Positions 31,378 to 41,660 are shown, counted from the first letter of the stretch. The stretch: 64,000 nt of DNA from Candidatus Saccharimonadia bacterium (GCA_041906885.1 JAYRII010000014.1:10059-74058), one strand, 5' to 3'. Made by a program: numbers and translations. Notes: a model not told the origin generated them from the sequence alone.

Positions 31378-33759
31378 ATGGAAAAAACCTACAATCCCTC
31401 CAAGTACGAGGGCAAAATATCGAAGCTCTGGGAAGAAGCCAAAGCCTTCGCCCCAGCCGGTGATAAGGGCAAAAAGCCCTTTTCGATCATCATGCCGCCG
31501 CCCAATGCCAACGGCAGCCTGCACGCCGGACATTTGATGTATGTGATTGAAGATATCGCCACCCGCTATCACCGCATGCGCGGTGAACCGACTCTGTGGC
31601 TGCCTGGTACCGATCACGCCGGCATCGAGACACAAGTGGTATACGAGCGCGAGCTCGAGAAAAAGGGCCAAAGCCGTTTCGACCTGGGTCAGGAGAAATT
31701 TTACGATGCTGTGATGGATTTCACCCGCTCTCATCAGCATACCATGATTTCTCAGATGCAATCGATGGGCTTTTCGGCCGATTGGAGCAAACTCAAATTT
31801 ACCCTTGATGATGAGATTATCGAGATTGTTTACGATACTTTTGCTAAGCTGCACGCTGATGGTTACATCTATCGCGGCAATCGGACTGTCAATTGGTGCA
31901 CGCGTTGCTCAGCTGCTTTTGCCGACATTGAGCTTGATCATACTGAGCGCGAAGACGCCATGTACACGCTCGATTATGGCGTGATCCAGATTGCTACCAC
32001 CAGGCCGGAGACGATTTTTGCCGACACCGCCGTGGCTGTCAATCCAAAAGACACTCGCTACAAAAAACTGATCGGCCAAACTGCCACCATTCCTCTGATC
32101 GGTCGTGAGATCCCGATTATCGCCGATGACCACGTCGATCCGGACTCTGGCAGTGGAGCACTCAAGGTAACGCCTGGCCATGACTTTAATGATTATGAGA
32201 TCGGCCAACGCCACAATCTGCCTGAGATTAGCGTGATTGATCTATCTGGCAAGCTCATCAATGTGCCCGAGAAATATGCTGGCCTGAGCGTCAATGAAGC
32301 CCGCCGGCAAGTGACGCGCGACCTGGAAGCTACGGGCGTGCTGGTCAAAACCACTCCCCTGACTCATTCTGTTGCCATTCACGACCGCTGCAAATCCATC
32401 ATCGAGCCGCTCATCTCAGAGCAATGGTTTTTGCGCGTCAAAAAGCTCAATAAGCCGGTCGCGGAAGCCATCAGCTCAGGCAAAATCACCTTTTATCCAC
32501 CTCGATTCCGCAAGATCGCGCTTGACTGGTTGGCCCAAGAGCACGATTGGTGTATCAGCCGTCAGATCTGGTGGGGCATTCGCATCCCGGTCTACTACAA
32601 AACCAGCAACGATCCGGCAAAAGACGCCTACATCATTGCTAAGACCAAAGCTGAGGCTGAGAAATACTACGGTAAAGGTAATTACCGAGCCGAGACCGAC
32701 ACCTTCGACACCTGGTTTTCTAGCTCGCAGTGGCCTTTTGCGACCTTAATGACAACAGGAGATTTTGAGAGATTCTACCCCACCACCCTGATGGCGACAG
32801 CTCGTGACATTCTGCACAAATGGGTTACCCGAATGATCATGTTTGGCCTCTACAAGACAGGCCAAGTACCATTTGAAAATGTCTATCTTTGGGGTATGGT
32901 GACAGATGAGAAAAAGCAAAAACTGTCCAAATCCAAAGGCAACTATGATGACCCGATGAAAATAACAGCCGAATACGGCACTGATGCGTTGCGACTAGCT
33001 CTGTCGATTGGCATTACTCCTGGCAATGATGGCTCGATCTCTGAAGCTAAGATCAAAGGTTATCGCAATTTCGTCAATAAGCTCTGGAATATCGCCCGAT
33101 ATGCCCAAGCTCAATTTGAAACAACCACTGCACAGCCTAAAAATACTGACAAAAAGCTAGATTTTTCCACTAATTCTAACCCTGTCCCCCACTCCTCGGC
33201 AGACCACTGGATCCTGTCGCGCCTCGCAGACACAACCCAACACATTACTAAAAATCTTGATTCGCTTCGTTTCTCAGATGCAGGCGACAAGCTCTACCAC
33301 TTCATCTGGGATGATCTGGCCGATCGTTATATCGAAGCTTCTAAAACCCGTCCCAACTCCCCTCTTCTTGCCTACGTCCTAAGCACCTGCCTAAAACTGG
33401 CTCATCCCTTTGCTCCATTTGTGACTGAAGCAATTTGGCAGGAAATATCAAATTCTAAAAGCTTCCTTATATCCGAACAATGGCCGAACTTTATCGTACC
33501 ATTTGATAAGCCCTCCTGTAAAGCTTTTGAAATCGAGATAAAGGAGATTTTAGCGGCTAAGAGCCAAGCGGTTTCCGAGCACAAAAAAAATTCACTAATG
33601 CGTGATATCGAAGCCAAAAAGCGTCACATTGAGATTATCAATAAAAAGCTTGCCAACCAGGACTTTGTGAAAAATGCACCTAATATTGTTGTCGAAGCTG
33701 AAAAGGCTCGACTCGAAGAAGCCCGCGATAGCCTGTCCAGGCTAGAGCGCGAGCTTTAG
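31378..33759 (+). CDS. valS: valine--tRNA ligase (short form with C-terminal coiled coil)
   Basis: PPPNANGSLHAGH (HIGH), KMSKSKGN (KMSKS), CP1 editing-domain motifs, C-terminal coiled coil typical of ValRS. Confidence 0.85.
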   Translation: MEKTYNPSKYEGKISKLWEEAKAFAPAGDKGKKPFSIIMPPPNANGSLHAGHLMYVIEDIATRYHRMRGEPTLWLPGTDHAGIETQVVYERELEKKGQSRFDLGQEKFYDAVMDFTRSHQHTMISQMQSMGFSADWSKLKFTLDDEIIEIVYDTFAKLHADGYIYRGNRTVNWCTRCSAAFADIELDHTEREDAMYTLDYGVIQIATTRPETIFADTAVAVNPKDTRYKKLIGQTATIPLIGREIPIIADDHVDPDSGSGALKVTPGHDFNDYEIGQRHNLPEISVIDLSGKLINVPEKYAGLSVNEARRQVTRDLEATGVLVKTTPLTHSVAIHDRCKSIIEPLISEQWFLRVKKLNKPVAEAISSGKITFYPPRFRKIALDWLAQEHDWCISRQIWWGIRIPVYYKTSNDPAKDAYIIAKTKAEAEKYYGKGNYRAETDTFDTWFSSSQWPFATLMTTGDFERFYPTTLMATARDILHKWVTRMIMFGLYKTGQVPFENVYLWGMVTDEKKQKLSKSKGNYDDPMKITAEYGTDALRLALSIGITPGNDGSISEAKIKGYRNFVNKLWNIARYAQAQFETTTAQPKNTDKKLDFSTNSNPVPHSSADHWILSRLADTTQHITKNLDSLRFSDAGDKLYHFIWDDLADRYIEASKTRPNSPLLAYVLSTCLKLAHPFAPFVTEAIWQEISNSKSFLISEQWPNFIVPFDKPSCKAFEIEIKEILAAKSQAVSEHKKNSLMRDIEAKKRHIEIINKKLANQDFVKNAPNIVVEAEKARLEEARDSLSRLEREL

Positions 33760-33844
33760 AAGAGTGAGCAGCTAGATTATCATTGCGCTCTTGGAAGCAT
33801 TGAGCTAGCGACGGTGCTAAAATAGTAAGTAGAAGCTAATATTT

Positions 33845-34801
33845 ATGAAAAAAGGATCATCAAGAAGTTTTTTTGTATTAAGCGGGCTAGTTTTTTGCCT
33901 AGCAGCTCTTCTGATTGGAATATTCGGACCCAATCTAGTCTCAGCTCAGCAAAAGATTACTGATAATTTGATTGATAAGGCTCAAAAAGCCAAGCAATCG
34001 GGCGATGCTAAACTATTCGAGCTTTACCTATATGAAGCTGAAACGGCCAACCCATTCGACACAAAAGCCCGAACGCTACACGCCCAATACTATGTCGACG
34101 GAGGCGACTTTGGCCACGCCATTGCCATTTATCAGAGCGGGGGAGTCAGCCCTAATTACGCCTTTCTTGGCAATTTGGCCTTAAAAGCTCAAGATTACAA
34201 CCTAGCCACGCGTTTTTTTGATAATGCAAGCCGAGAAGGCTTAGTGGCCGAGGGCTTAGCTGGCAAAGCGATCAGCTATTTTAATCTTAGAAATGTCGAG
34301 CAAGGCTGCAATTTGGCCGACGATGCGTTTAAGCTTGATGTTAACAATAAAAGAGCTAATAGTGCCAAATCCGTCTGCACTGTGATGGCAAATGGGGGAG
34401 TGGGGGAAAGCACGCTCCCTCCCGGCTTAACCGACCCAAAACTAAGCTCCAAGCGGGAGAGAGCATATTTCCTAGCAGAAAGTGGTGTACCGGTGGTGGC
34501 TGAGTCCGAGCTCGAAAGTAGCTTAGAAAATACACCAGGCGATTGGCTTTTTCTTGCTAATTTTGCGGCCAGCCGAAAAGAGTACGACAAAGCATTAAGA
34601 CGTATTGAACAAGGCCTCAAAAAAGATCCGACTAATTGGGAGATTCTACAAGCTGCCGTAATATTTAACGAAAATTTAGCTTCCAAAAGCACTGGAAAAC
34701 AGCGTCAAAATTACATCGATTCGTCAATCCATTATAAGACAATTTTAGAGCAAATTCCGCGATATCGTGCACGTGGAAATAGCCTCAAAATTGGTCCGTG
34801 A
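33845..34801 (+). CDS. secreted helical-repeat (TPR-like) protein
   Basis: Signal peptide FFVLSGLVFCLAALLIGIFG, then Ala/Leu-rich repeats. Confidence 0.45.
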   Translation: MKKGSSRSFFVLSGLVFCLAALLIGIFGPNLVSAQQKITDNLIDKAQKAKQSGDAKLFELYLYEAETANPFDTKARTLHAQYYVDGGDFGHAIAIYQSGGVSPNYAFLGNLALKAQDYNLATRFFDNASREGLVAEGLAGKAISYFNLRNVEQGCNLADDAFKLDVNNKRANSAKSVCTVMANGGVGESTLPPGLTDPKLSSKRERAYFLAESGVPVVAESELESSLENTPGDWLFLANFAASRKEYDKALRRIEQGLKKDPTNWEILQAAVIFNENLASKSTGKQRQNYIDSSIHYKTILEQIPRYRARGNSLKIGP

Positions 34802-34965
34802 AATCGCAATTCGTGCCTAGAGCAAAAAGCACCGTTTTTTAGCCTTCTTTTATAAATTTTTGACACTTTTTTATAGCAAATAATTCGACCTTTTTTGCCA
34901 GATATCATGCTTGTCGGATTTAAGCTCAAACTGTATAATAACGACGTTCTTTGAGGACCAAAACT

Positions 34966-35275
34966 AGCTAGCGTGCGAAATTAAAAAACAAATTAAAAAT
35001 AATTTGTTTTTGCCAAATCATAGTGTTGGCGATGGCAAACTTTGATTTGAAGAGGAGAGTGTAGTAATTTTGCAAACTGAAGTTAATCTGCTTGCGAATA
35101 CATTTGCACAATGATTTATGAGCAAGAGATTACTGTTTGCTGGTTTGCTAGAATTGAATCACCAAATCAAAGTGTTAGCGATAGCGAGCTTTGATATGAA
35201 GAGGAGAAGCGAGACGAAAGTCGCAGTATGCCATCAAAGATGACATACGTAGACTATAGTGCTCGTCTTAGACGA
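34966..35275 (+). repeat. tRNA-upstream conserved module (copy 1, internally duplicated)
   Basis: gtgcgaaatta...; two sub-copies of ...caaagtgtt(g/a)gcgat(g/a)gc(a/g)a(a/g)ctttgat(t/a)tgaagaggag...; then ttgcaaactgaagttaatctgcttgcgaatacattt shared with 35990-36075. Confidence 0.5.
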
Positions 35276-35369
35276 GGAGAGGTACCCAAGAGGCTATAAG
35301 GGGCCGGTTTGCTAAACCGGTAGGTCGGCGAAAGTTGGCGCGAGGGTTCGAATCCCTCCCTCTCCGCCA
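35276..35369 (+). tRNA. tRNA-Ser (anticodon GCU)
   Basis: Acceptor GGAGAGG/CCTCTCC, anticodon stem CCGGU/ACCGG with loop UUGCUAA, long variable arm, GGTTCGAATCC T-loop, CCA encoded. Confidence 0.85.
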
Positions 35370-35700
35370 GGATAAGCTTTCGACATTTGTCGAAGGTTTA
35401 TCCTGCTGATATAGTAGGATTTGAACCCGAGCCTGCGAAGCAGGTGGGTTCGGCGGAATGAGATGACTCTCAGAAGCTAGCTTCGAGAATCATCGAATGG
35501 AGAAGGCGTTAGCCGCTATCCCTCCCTCTCCGCCAGGATGAGCTTTCGACTTTTGTCGAGAGTTCATCCTGCTGGTAGCAGGATTTGAACCCGTACCTGT
35601 GAAGCAGGTGGGTCCGGCGGAATGAGATGACTCTCAGAAGCTAGCTTCGAGAATCATCGAATGGAGAAGGCGTTAGTCGCTATCCCTCCCTCTCCGCCAG
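35370..35700 (+). repeat. two tandem ~165-bp repeat units, each ending in a copy of the tRNA-Ser 3' end (tccctccctctccgccag)
   Basis: Unit 1 is 35370-35536 and unit 2 is 35537-35700, ~93% identical. Each starts with a hairpin (gataagctttcgac...gtcgaagg) and ends with the 17-mer that also ends the tRNA. Confidence 0.7.
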
Positions 35701-35794
35701 ATATGTGGTCGTCACGATAGTGGCGGACACACTATTTGAGCAGGTAGCGATGAAAACCGATGGTTCGACAATTGAGTTTTGTGGTTAATAGAAT

Positions 35795-35869
35795 TGTCAT
35801 CCTGAGTGATAAAGAAGGATCTTCGGTTATCAGCTTGCTAGAGATTCTTCGCTGGCGCTCAGAATGACA
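35795..35869. repeat. MITE-like palindromic repeat, copy A (TGTCATCCTGAG...CTCAGAATGACA)
   Basis: ttgtcatcctgagtgataaagaaggatct...agattcttcgctggcgctcagaatgaca: terminal and subterminal inverted repeats. Confidence 0.6.
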
Positions 35870-35939
35870 AAATTCACCAATACTATCTCTCCTCCTTAAG
35901 CCAGGGCGGGCACATAAGAACTAAGGTCAAATCTAGCTC

Positions 35940-36173
35940 ACAGTGCGAAATTATTTATCTATGTTGAAAACAAAAATAATTCCGTGAATCGAGATTGATT
36001 TGAGAGGAAAGTTTAGCAATTTTACAAACCGAAGTTAATCTACTTGCGAATACATTTACGCGAAGATTTATGAGCATGAGATTACTGTTTGCGAAATTGA
36101 GAGGATTATCCGTGCATCGGTTGAAGTTGAAAAGCAAAGCTTTTTAACGAAAACTAAAGCACGAATAGGACGC
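35940..36173 (+). repeat. tRNA-upstream conserved module (copy 2)
   Basis: cagtgcgaaattatttat...aataattccgtgaatcgagattgatttgagaggaaagtttagc...caaaccgaagttaatctacttgcgaatacattt. Confidence 0.55.
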
Positions 36174-36365
<192 letters not shown>

Positions 36366-36446
36366 TGTCATCCTTAGTGACAACGAAGGATCTGGATATA
36401 ATATGAATGCAGATTCTTCTCCGCTAGCCGGCGGATCAGAATGACA
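36366..36446. repeat. MITE-like palindromic repeat, copy B
   Basis: ttgtcatccttagtgacaacgaaggatct...agattcttctccgctagccggcggatcagaatgaca. Confidence 0.6.
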
Positions 36447-36640
36447 GAGTTATATGATTAATCTCCACCCTCTCCGCTAGATGGAAGCGACTCACGACAG
36501 TGGGTCTTTTGCATCTGTGGGTGGGATGAGAATCCACGCAGTGGGGGCGTACTGTCATGGCGCGCAGAGCAAATTATTAGTTTACTTCGAGCATGAGTGG
36601 GCGAAGAAGGCGGAGCCGCTATCCCACGCTCTTGAGCCAT
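36447..36640 (+). repeat. downstream-module-like repeat carrying a partial tRNA-Ser 3' end (caccctctccgcTag) and a cgctatccc motif
   Basis: Parallel layout to 40795-40860 (ctctccgccggatggaagcgactcacgaaagtgggtc) and to the module at 36265. Confidence 0.5.
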
Positions 36641-37081
36641 GAAAAGAGCACTGATTGCATCGATGCAAACTAAACTACACCCACAACAAGCACCAATTAC
36701 AAATAATAATTAAAGCCACAAACCAAAAAAACATACTTCTGATATAAAAAATACGCAGCTAAAAAATACTGGCTAGCAGAGACATCTCTATAAAGCAATG
36801 CAAGATAATTATTCATCTAATTAAAGCCGGGGGCGCCATGATAGGGGAGGTTGAAGCTGAGGTTAATGCATATGCATTTGACGACAGAGTAAAGAAACAA
36901 GACGAATTATGTCTAGATTTTGCAAATTTTATACAAACCAAATCGAACATAAAGAATGTTAAGGCTTGGTTGATATTATCTGAGCTGGGACATAGCTGGG
37001 AAGATTAGCGGCTATCCCACCCTTTTGCGCAGATAATATTACTTTTTGCCCTAGCTCCCTTATGCCCGCTACAATAGCATT

Positions 37082-38974
37082 ATGCTTGGAATTATTTTTT
37101 GTGGCCTCAGCATAGTTACCGGCTACTCGATCCTTAGGCTAGTCGAGCTCCCTTTGACCAAGAGTGAACGAGTAGCAGTCAGTATCGCAATTGGTTTTGC
37201 GGCCGCCAGTTGGCTAGGGTTAATTTTAGCCATCGCCCTAGGCGCTCAGAACGGCCTGCTGGCCACCACAATAGTGCTTATGGTCACGAATACAACTATA
37301 CTGTACAAAACACGCCCTAGTGCTTCTAGGGAGCTCAGAGAGCCATCACCTGGTTCACCAGCTTTGCGGCTAGCTAGCTGGCTGCTAATCGGCCTCATCG
37401 CTGTCGTTCTGGTCAACTTTTGTCTCAGCCATTTCCTGCCCAGCTCAAATGGCAATCTGATGAGTGCCGGCTACACCTGGGCCGACTTAGCGCTTCACAC
37501 TACCCTGATCGCGTCCTTCGCCAAAAAACCGATAGTCGACCTGACCTTACCAATCTTTGCCGGCTCCAAACTAACTTACCCGTTTTTGGTGGATTTTTTC
37601 AGCAGCCAAATGCTCCGACTCGGTGCCGGCTGGCAATGGTCGCTCTTGCTGCCCAGCCTGGCCCTGATGTACGCCTTCGTGCGCCTCTTTATTGGCTTTA
37701 TTTATCGCCTAACCCGCAGCCTGCGAGCTGCTTGGATCAGCTTGGGGCTTGTTCTTCTTAGCGGTAGCGCTTGGGGAGCGGTATTATTTATCAAAGATCT
37801 AGCAGCTAGCGGCTTATCCGCGCACCAATTGCTGCTCCAGGACTATTCCAAACTCGATCAAAACAACTTGCAATACGCCAACTTCATCACCTCGCATCTT
37901 TTGCCACAAAGGGCTTATTTATTTGGTATCGTGGTTGCGCTAGTGATATTTATGTTACTCTGGGATCTCGCCAGCAAGCGTAGTGGGCAGGCCAAAAGTC
38001 GATCAAAAGTCATTCTGTGTGGCTTGCTTTTAGGCGCCTTGCCACTGATTCATACTCATTCATTTCTGGTCGTCACCGGTTTTACTGGAATCCTCTGGAT
38101 TGTCAGCAGTTTGCGTGGCAAAACAGCTAGTCAGGAGTTATTCTATGTCCTGCTGATCGGAGGCGTCCTGGCCGCACCACAGCTGGTTTGGCAATTTAGT
38201 AGCAGCTATCACGATGGCTTTGGCTACTGGCGGCTAGGCTGGCTAACACCGTCTAATATGAGCGTGTTGGTCTTTTGGCTGCGTCAACTAGGTGTAATGG
38301 CGCTGTTGTTTGTAATTGGCCCCTACCTACTTTACCGGCAAAAGGCTCACTATTTTATATCGGTGCTGTACTGGTTTGGGGTGATATTGTTTGTGATCGG
38401 CAATGTCTACATATTTCAGCCCAGCGCCTGGGATAATATGAAGTTTTTTACCTACGCCTACTGGATGATGCTCGTGCCGATTGCCGTCGCGCTGGCCTCA
38501 GTCTCGCGATCATGGTGGGGCAAGGTTATTTTACTCATCGTCCTGGTACTGACCTGCGGCACCGGCCTAATTGCATTGGTGCGGGAGGGTGAGGCGAACT
38601 ACACCTTCGCCACCAAGGGCGATCTTGCGGTGGCCGACACCGTCGAACGAACAGTTCCGCCCTCGTCCCTCGTCCTGGTCAATCCCACCCTACACCACAA
38701 TCCAATTACCAATTTATCCGGGCGCAACACCTTAGTCGGCTACAGTGGCTGGCTGTGGTCTTATGGTATCAATTACCTAGAAAGAGACCGAGATGCACGC
38801 CGGATGCTGTTGGGCGAAACCAATGCGGCGGAGCTGTTAAAAACTTACGAGATTGATTACGTCGCTTTTAGTGATGATGATATCGCTAGCGACTCAGCCA
38901 ATAGCTTCTACTACGACTCTAGATTTAAACAGGTCGTCAATCAAAATGGCTGGCATGTTTACATGATTAGGTGA
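37082..38974 (+). CDS. large polytopic membrane protein (>=12 TM plus C-terminal soluble domain); possible GT-C-type glycosyltransferase
   Basis: 630 aa, many hydrophobic helices and a ~150-aa C-terminal hydrophilic domain. A TACAAT box sits 7 nt before the ATG, so the mRNA is possibly leaderless. Confidence 0.45.
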   Translation: MLGIIFCGLSIVTGYSILRLVELPLTKSERVAVSIAIGFAAASWLGLILAIALGAQNGLLATTIVLMVTNTTILYKTRPSASRELREPSPGSPALRLASWLLIGLIAVVLVNFCLSHFLPSSNGNLMSAGYTWADLALHTTLIASFAKKPIVDLTLPIFAGSKLTYPFLVDFFSSQMLRLGAGWQWSLLLPSLALMYAFVRLFIGFIYRLTRSLRAAWISLGLVLLSGSAWGAVLFIKDLAASGLSAHQLLLQDYSKLDQNNLQYANFITSHLLPQRAYLFGIVVALVIFMLLWDLASKRSGQAKSRSKVILCGLLLGALPLIHTHSFLVVTGFTGILWIVSSLRGKTASQELFYVLLIGGVLAAPQLVWQFSSSYHDGFGYWRLGWLTPSNMSVLVFWLRQLGVMALLFVIGPYLLYRQKAHYFISVLYWFGVILFVIGNVYIFQPSAWDNMKFFTYAYWMMLVPIAVALASVSRSWWGKVILLIVLVLTCGTGLIALVREGEANYTFATKGDLAVADTVERTVPPSSLVLVNPTLHHNPITNLSGRNTLVGYSGWLWSYGINYLERDRDARRMLLGETNAAELLKTYEIDYVAFSDDDIASDSANSFYYDSRFKQVVNQNGWHVYMIR

Positions 38975-39018
38975 GCCGGTAGCCGCATTAACGGATTTCG
39001 TTTGCCTGGACTTAGAAT

Positions 39019-39813
39019 TTGTATGATAATAAGAGCGAAGGAAGCTTAAGAAAGATGAATGATAATCAAATCCAGCCCGGCCAATCTTTCACGCCGGGAC
39101 AACAAAGCCAATCCGAGACGGCACCACTTCAACAGCCCATAGCTAATCCAGCACCAGTGCCTACACAGCCCAGTCAGATCCCGATCCAAGGCCCGCCGTT
39201 AAGTACCCACCAAATTAATCAGCCCACGACCCCTCCAATCGTCTCGACCCAGCCTGGCCATATTGTCCAGGCCGCCGAGCACACCACCCTGGTGCATGAA
39301 AAAGAAGAGGGCATAAAAAAGGGCGATAAAGAAGCTGCCGAGGTACTTGAGCCAGAAGAGACTCTGGTGAGCTGGAATGCGCCCGAATTTACCTATATCA
39401 GCAAACCGGCCGGATGGTATGGAATACTAGCCTTAGTCTGCATTATGCTGACTGGCGGATTTTTATTTTTCAAGCAGTGGATGGCAGCTGTTTTAGTGCT
39501 TGTCATGGGGGCATCGCTCGGGGTGGTCGCTGGCAGAAGGCCACGTGTGCTCAACTACTCAATTACTAATTATGGTATCTACATCGGACAGAAAGCCTAC
39601 CCGTTTGATAGCTTTAAAGCCCACTACGAAGGTAATGACTACGGTCAGAAAGTATTAGAGCTGGTTCCAACTAAACGCTTTGCGCCAATGATCTCGATGC
39701 CGGTCATACCAGCCAATCATGATGATGTCTTTGCCATGATAGAAGAAGTCATCCCCAAAACAGAGCCTACTAACAGTCTTGTAGACAAAATTTTTACCTA
39801 TTTAAGATTTTAG
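39019..39813 (+). CDS. Pro/Gln-rich N-terminus, one TM helix and a C-terminal domain; hypothetical
   Basis: True start may be the ATG at 39055 (MNDNQIQPG). Confidence 0.4.
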   Translation: MYDNKSEGSLRKMNDNQIQPGQSFTPGQQSQSETAPLQQPIANPAPVPTQPSQIPIQGPPLSTHQINQPTTPPIVSTQPGHIVQAAEHTTLVHEKEEGIKKGDKEAAEVLEPEETLVSWNAPEFTYISKPAGWYGILALVCIMLTGGFLFFKQWMAAVLVLVMGASLGVVAGRRPRVLNYSITNYGIYIGQKAYPFDSFKAHYEGNDYGQKVLELVPTKRFAPMISMPVIPANHDDVFAMIEEVIPKTEPTNSLVDKIFTYLRF

Positions 39814-39914
39814 GGCACGCCGGATGGCCTTTGACCTGAAGCCAAGAAGTTAGTATAATATGCTTTGCTCTTTAAAAGGTGGCCTTAGAGCAACCTGAAT
39901 TTTAGCACCAAATA

Positions 39915-40058
39915 CAACCCGCAGTGCGAAATTATTTGACCTCAGAATGAATAAATAATAATTTCGTGAATCGAGTTGTATTTGAAGAGGAGAAGTTTAG
40001 CGAAATCTTAAGTTCAATACAGCAGTAATTGAACGTAAGTTATAGCTATTTTCGACGA
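39915..40058 (+). repeat. tRNA-upstream conserved module (copy 3)
   Basis: gcagtgcgaaattatttgac...aataatttcgtgaatcgagttgtatttgaagaggagaagtttagc. Confidence 0.55.
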
Positions 40059-40135
40059 GTGCCCGTAGCTCAGCTGGATAGAGCGTCAGCTTGCGGTGCT
40101 GGAAGTCGGGGGTTCGAATCCCTCCGGGCACGCCA
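40059..40135 (+). tRNA. tRNA-Arg (anticodon GCG as read from loop UUGCGGU)
   Basis: Acceptor GTGCCCG/CGGGCAC, Arg-type D-arm GCTCAGCTGGATAGAGC, anticodon stem UCAGC/GCUGG, T-loop GGTTCGAATCC, CCA encoded. The anticodon is unusual (ACG or CCG expected). Confidence 0.7.
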
Positions 40136-40305
40136 TTTTATCTGATCTACCTGTAGGTAATGCAGATAAAAGTTGATTCCTCGAGGGATGAGAACCCGAA
40201 GGGTTCGGTGGAACAAAGCGCGCAGAGCAAGAATGAAGTTTGCTTCAGTTCTTGTCGAGCACTTCGTGAAGGTCGCGCTAGCGACAATCCCTCCGGGCAC
40301 GCCAT
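40136..40305 (+). repeat. tRNA-downstream module (copy 3), ending in a 19-bp direct repeat of the tRNA-Arg 3' end (aatccctccgggcacgcca at 40286-40304)
   Basis: Contains gagaacccgaagggttcggtggaacaaagcgcgcagagcaa...cgagcacttcgtgaagg, homologous to the 17-kb and 36-kb modules. Confidence 0.6.
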
Positions 40306-40335
40306 TGAACTAATCTTTAGTTATAAATAACAAAT

Positions 40336-40479
40336 CTAGCTCGCAATGCGAATTATTTATCAATTTCCATTGGTAAAAAATAATTTTGTGAATTGAGCTA
40401 GACTTGAAAAGAAGGCTTTGTGAGTAAGCCGAAGTAAAAACTACTTGGTTTTTACGTAAGCTGGAGCATAAAACGACAC
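40336..40479 (+). repeat. tRNA-upstream conserved module (copy 4)
   Basis: cgcaatgcgaattatttatc...aataattttgtgaattgagctagacttgaaaagaagg. Confidence 0.5.
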
Positions 40480-40569
<90 letters not shown>

Positions 40570-40689
40570 ATTTTCACTTTTTGTGAAATCGTAAGGAATT
40601 GCCCCGCCGAGTCCAAATTAGTTTTCAGGATTTTCGTCAAAAAATGTTCGAACTTCGTCCAAAAAACCACATAATGAGTCAGTGCAAAT

Positions 40690-40860
40690 GCACTGACTCA
40701 TTATGTGATGTGGTGGATTTGAACCCGTATCCGCCGGTAGGCGGATGGATTCGGTGAAGCGAGTAATAGCGAACGGAGAAGTCGGAGCCGCTATCCCTCC
40801 CTCTCCGCCGGATGGAAGCGACTCACGAAAGTGGGTCGTTTGTGTCTGTAAATATAGCTG
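40690..40860 (+). repeat. downstream-module-like repeat with GGATTTGAACCCG hairpin element, cgctatccc motif and a tRNA-Ser 3'-end copy (tccctccctctccgccgg)
   Basis: Parallels 35430-35536 (ggatttgaacccg..cctg.gaagcagg..ggcgg...gccgctatccctccctctccgcc). Confidence 0.5.
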
Positions 40861-40869
40861 TACTATGGT

Positions 40870-41223
40870 ATGCCTTTTATATATAATCAGATCATGAAGA
40901 TCCATAAGCTTGTTTGGTATATATTAGTGACCCTTGTCGGCACTGTGATTATCTTTTTAGTTCTTCCAGGTAGCAAAATGGTGGAGCAACAAATTGGTAC
41001 GTGTGAAGCCAATGAGCTTTGCGTGGGAGACATCTATTGGGACTATGAGCAAATATGGCTTGGGTCATACCACCAGATAGCTAGCGGGGACTGGGTCAGC
41101 TTTGAAAATGAGTTTTGGCCTAAACTATATAAATCTCTATTTCTTTCAACCTTGATGGCTGGCTCATTTGGACTCGGGCAATTGATCGTACAAAAAGCCT
41201 CTAATTCCAAAGCCCAAAAATGA
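40870..41223 (+). CDS. small membrane protein, hypothetical
   Basis: 117 aa with an N-terminal TM helix. Confidence 0.35.
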   Translation: MPFIYNQIMKIHKLVWYILVTLVGTVIIFLVLPGSKMVEQQIGTCEANELCVGDIYWDYEQIWLGSYHQIASGDWVSFENEFWPKLYKSLFLSTLMAGSFGLGQLIVQKASNSKAQK

Positions 41224-41426
41224 ACCCATTTCTCATCATTGCGCCGATCATCACGGCTGCTTGTTTGGTGACCATGCTGTTGTTTTTGATCATCAAACTG
41301 ATCGACACCCTGCTCGACCTGCGCGCTCCATGCATCGGAATCCGCCTGGTTGTCATACCTGAGATAGCAAAGATACTTCAAGTATCGGAGGAAAACCAGG
41401 TGTATGATCTGGGAAGTAGTGACTAG
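41220..41426 (+). CDS. small membrane protein, hypothetical (overlaps the upstream gene by ATGA)
   Basis: 68 aa, one TM helix. Confidence 0.3.
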   Translation: MNPFLIIAPIITAACLVTMLLFLIIKLIDTLLDLRAPCIGIRLVVIPEIAKILQVSEENQVYDLGSSD

Positions 41427-41432
41427 CAAGTC

Positions 41433-41660
41433 TTGATTGGGCTGGGCAAAAGCATTGCCCATGACCTAATCGATATTGGCATTACAGAAGTCGCAGACCT
41501 GAAAGGCAAAGATCCGGAAGATTTGTTTGCGAGGTCAAACAGTCAGGTTGGCTCGATTCAAGACCGCTGCCTACTCTATGTCTTCCGTTGTGCTATCTAC
41601 TATGCCGAAGGTGGCAGGGAGCCAAATAAGCTCAAGTGGTGGAATTGGCAGGATGGATAA
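41433..41660 (+). CDS. helix-hairpin-helix DNA-binding domain protein
   Basis: GKSIAHDLIDIGITEVADLKGKDPEDLF resembles HhH motifs. Confidence 0.4.
   Translation: MIGLGKSIAHDLIDIGITEVADLKGKDPEDLFARSNSQVGSIQDRCLLYVFRCAIYYAEGGREPNKLKWWNWQDG

Noticed and set aside
31339-31854. 171-aa minus-strand ORF
   Set aside because: Antisense within the 5' end of valS; no motif; the ValS frame is clearly the real one.
34850-34940. Promoter-like TTGACA and TGTATAAT boxes upstream of the tRNA-Ser(GCU) cassette
   Set aside because: Spacing between the best -35 and -10 candidates is not canonical; left unannotated.
35430-35470. GGATTTGAACC motifs (reverse-complement of a tRNA T-arm), which initially suggested minus-strand tRNAs at 35.4, 35.6 and 40.7 kb
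   Set aside because: No acceptor, D or anticodon arms can be folded around them. Treated as part of the repeat modules instead.
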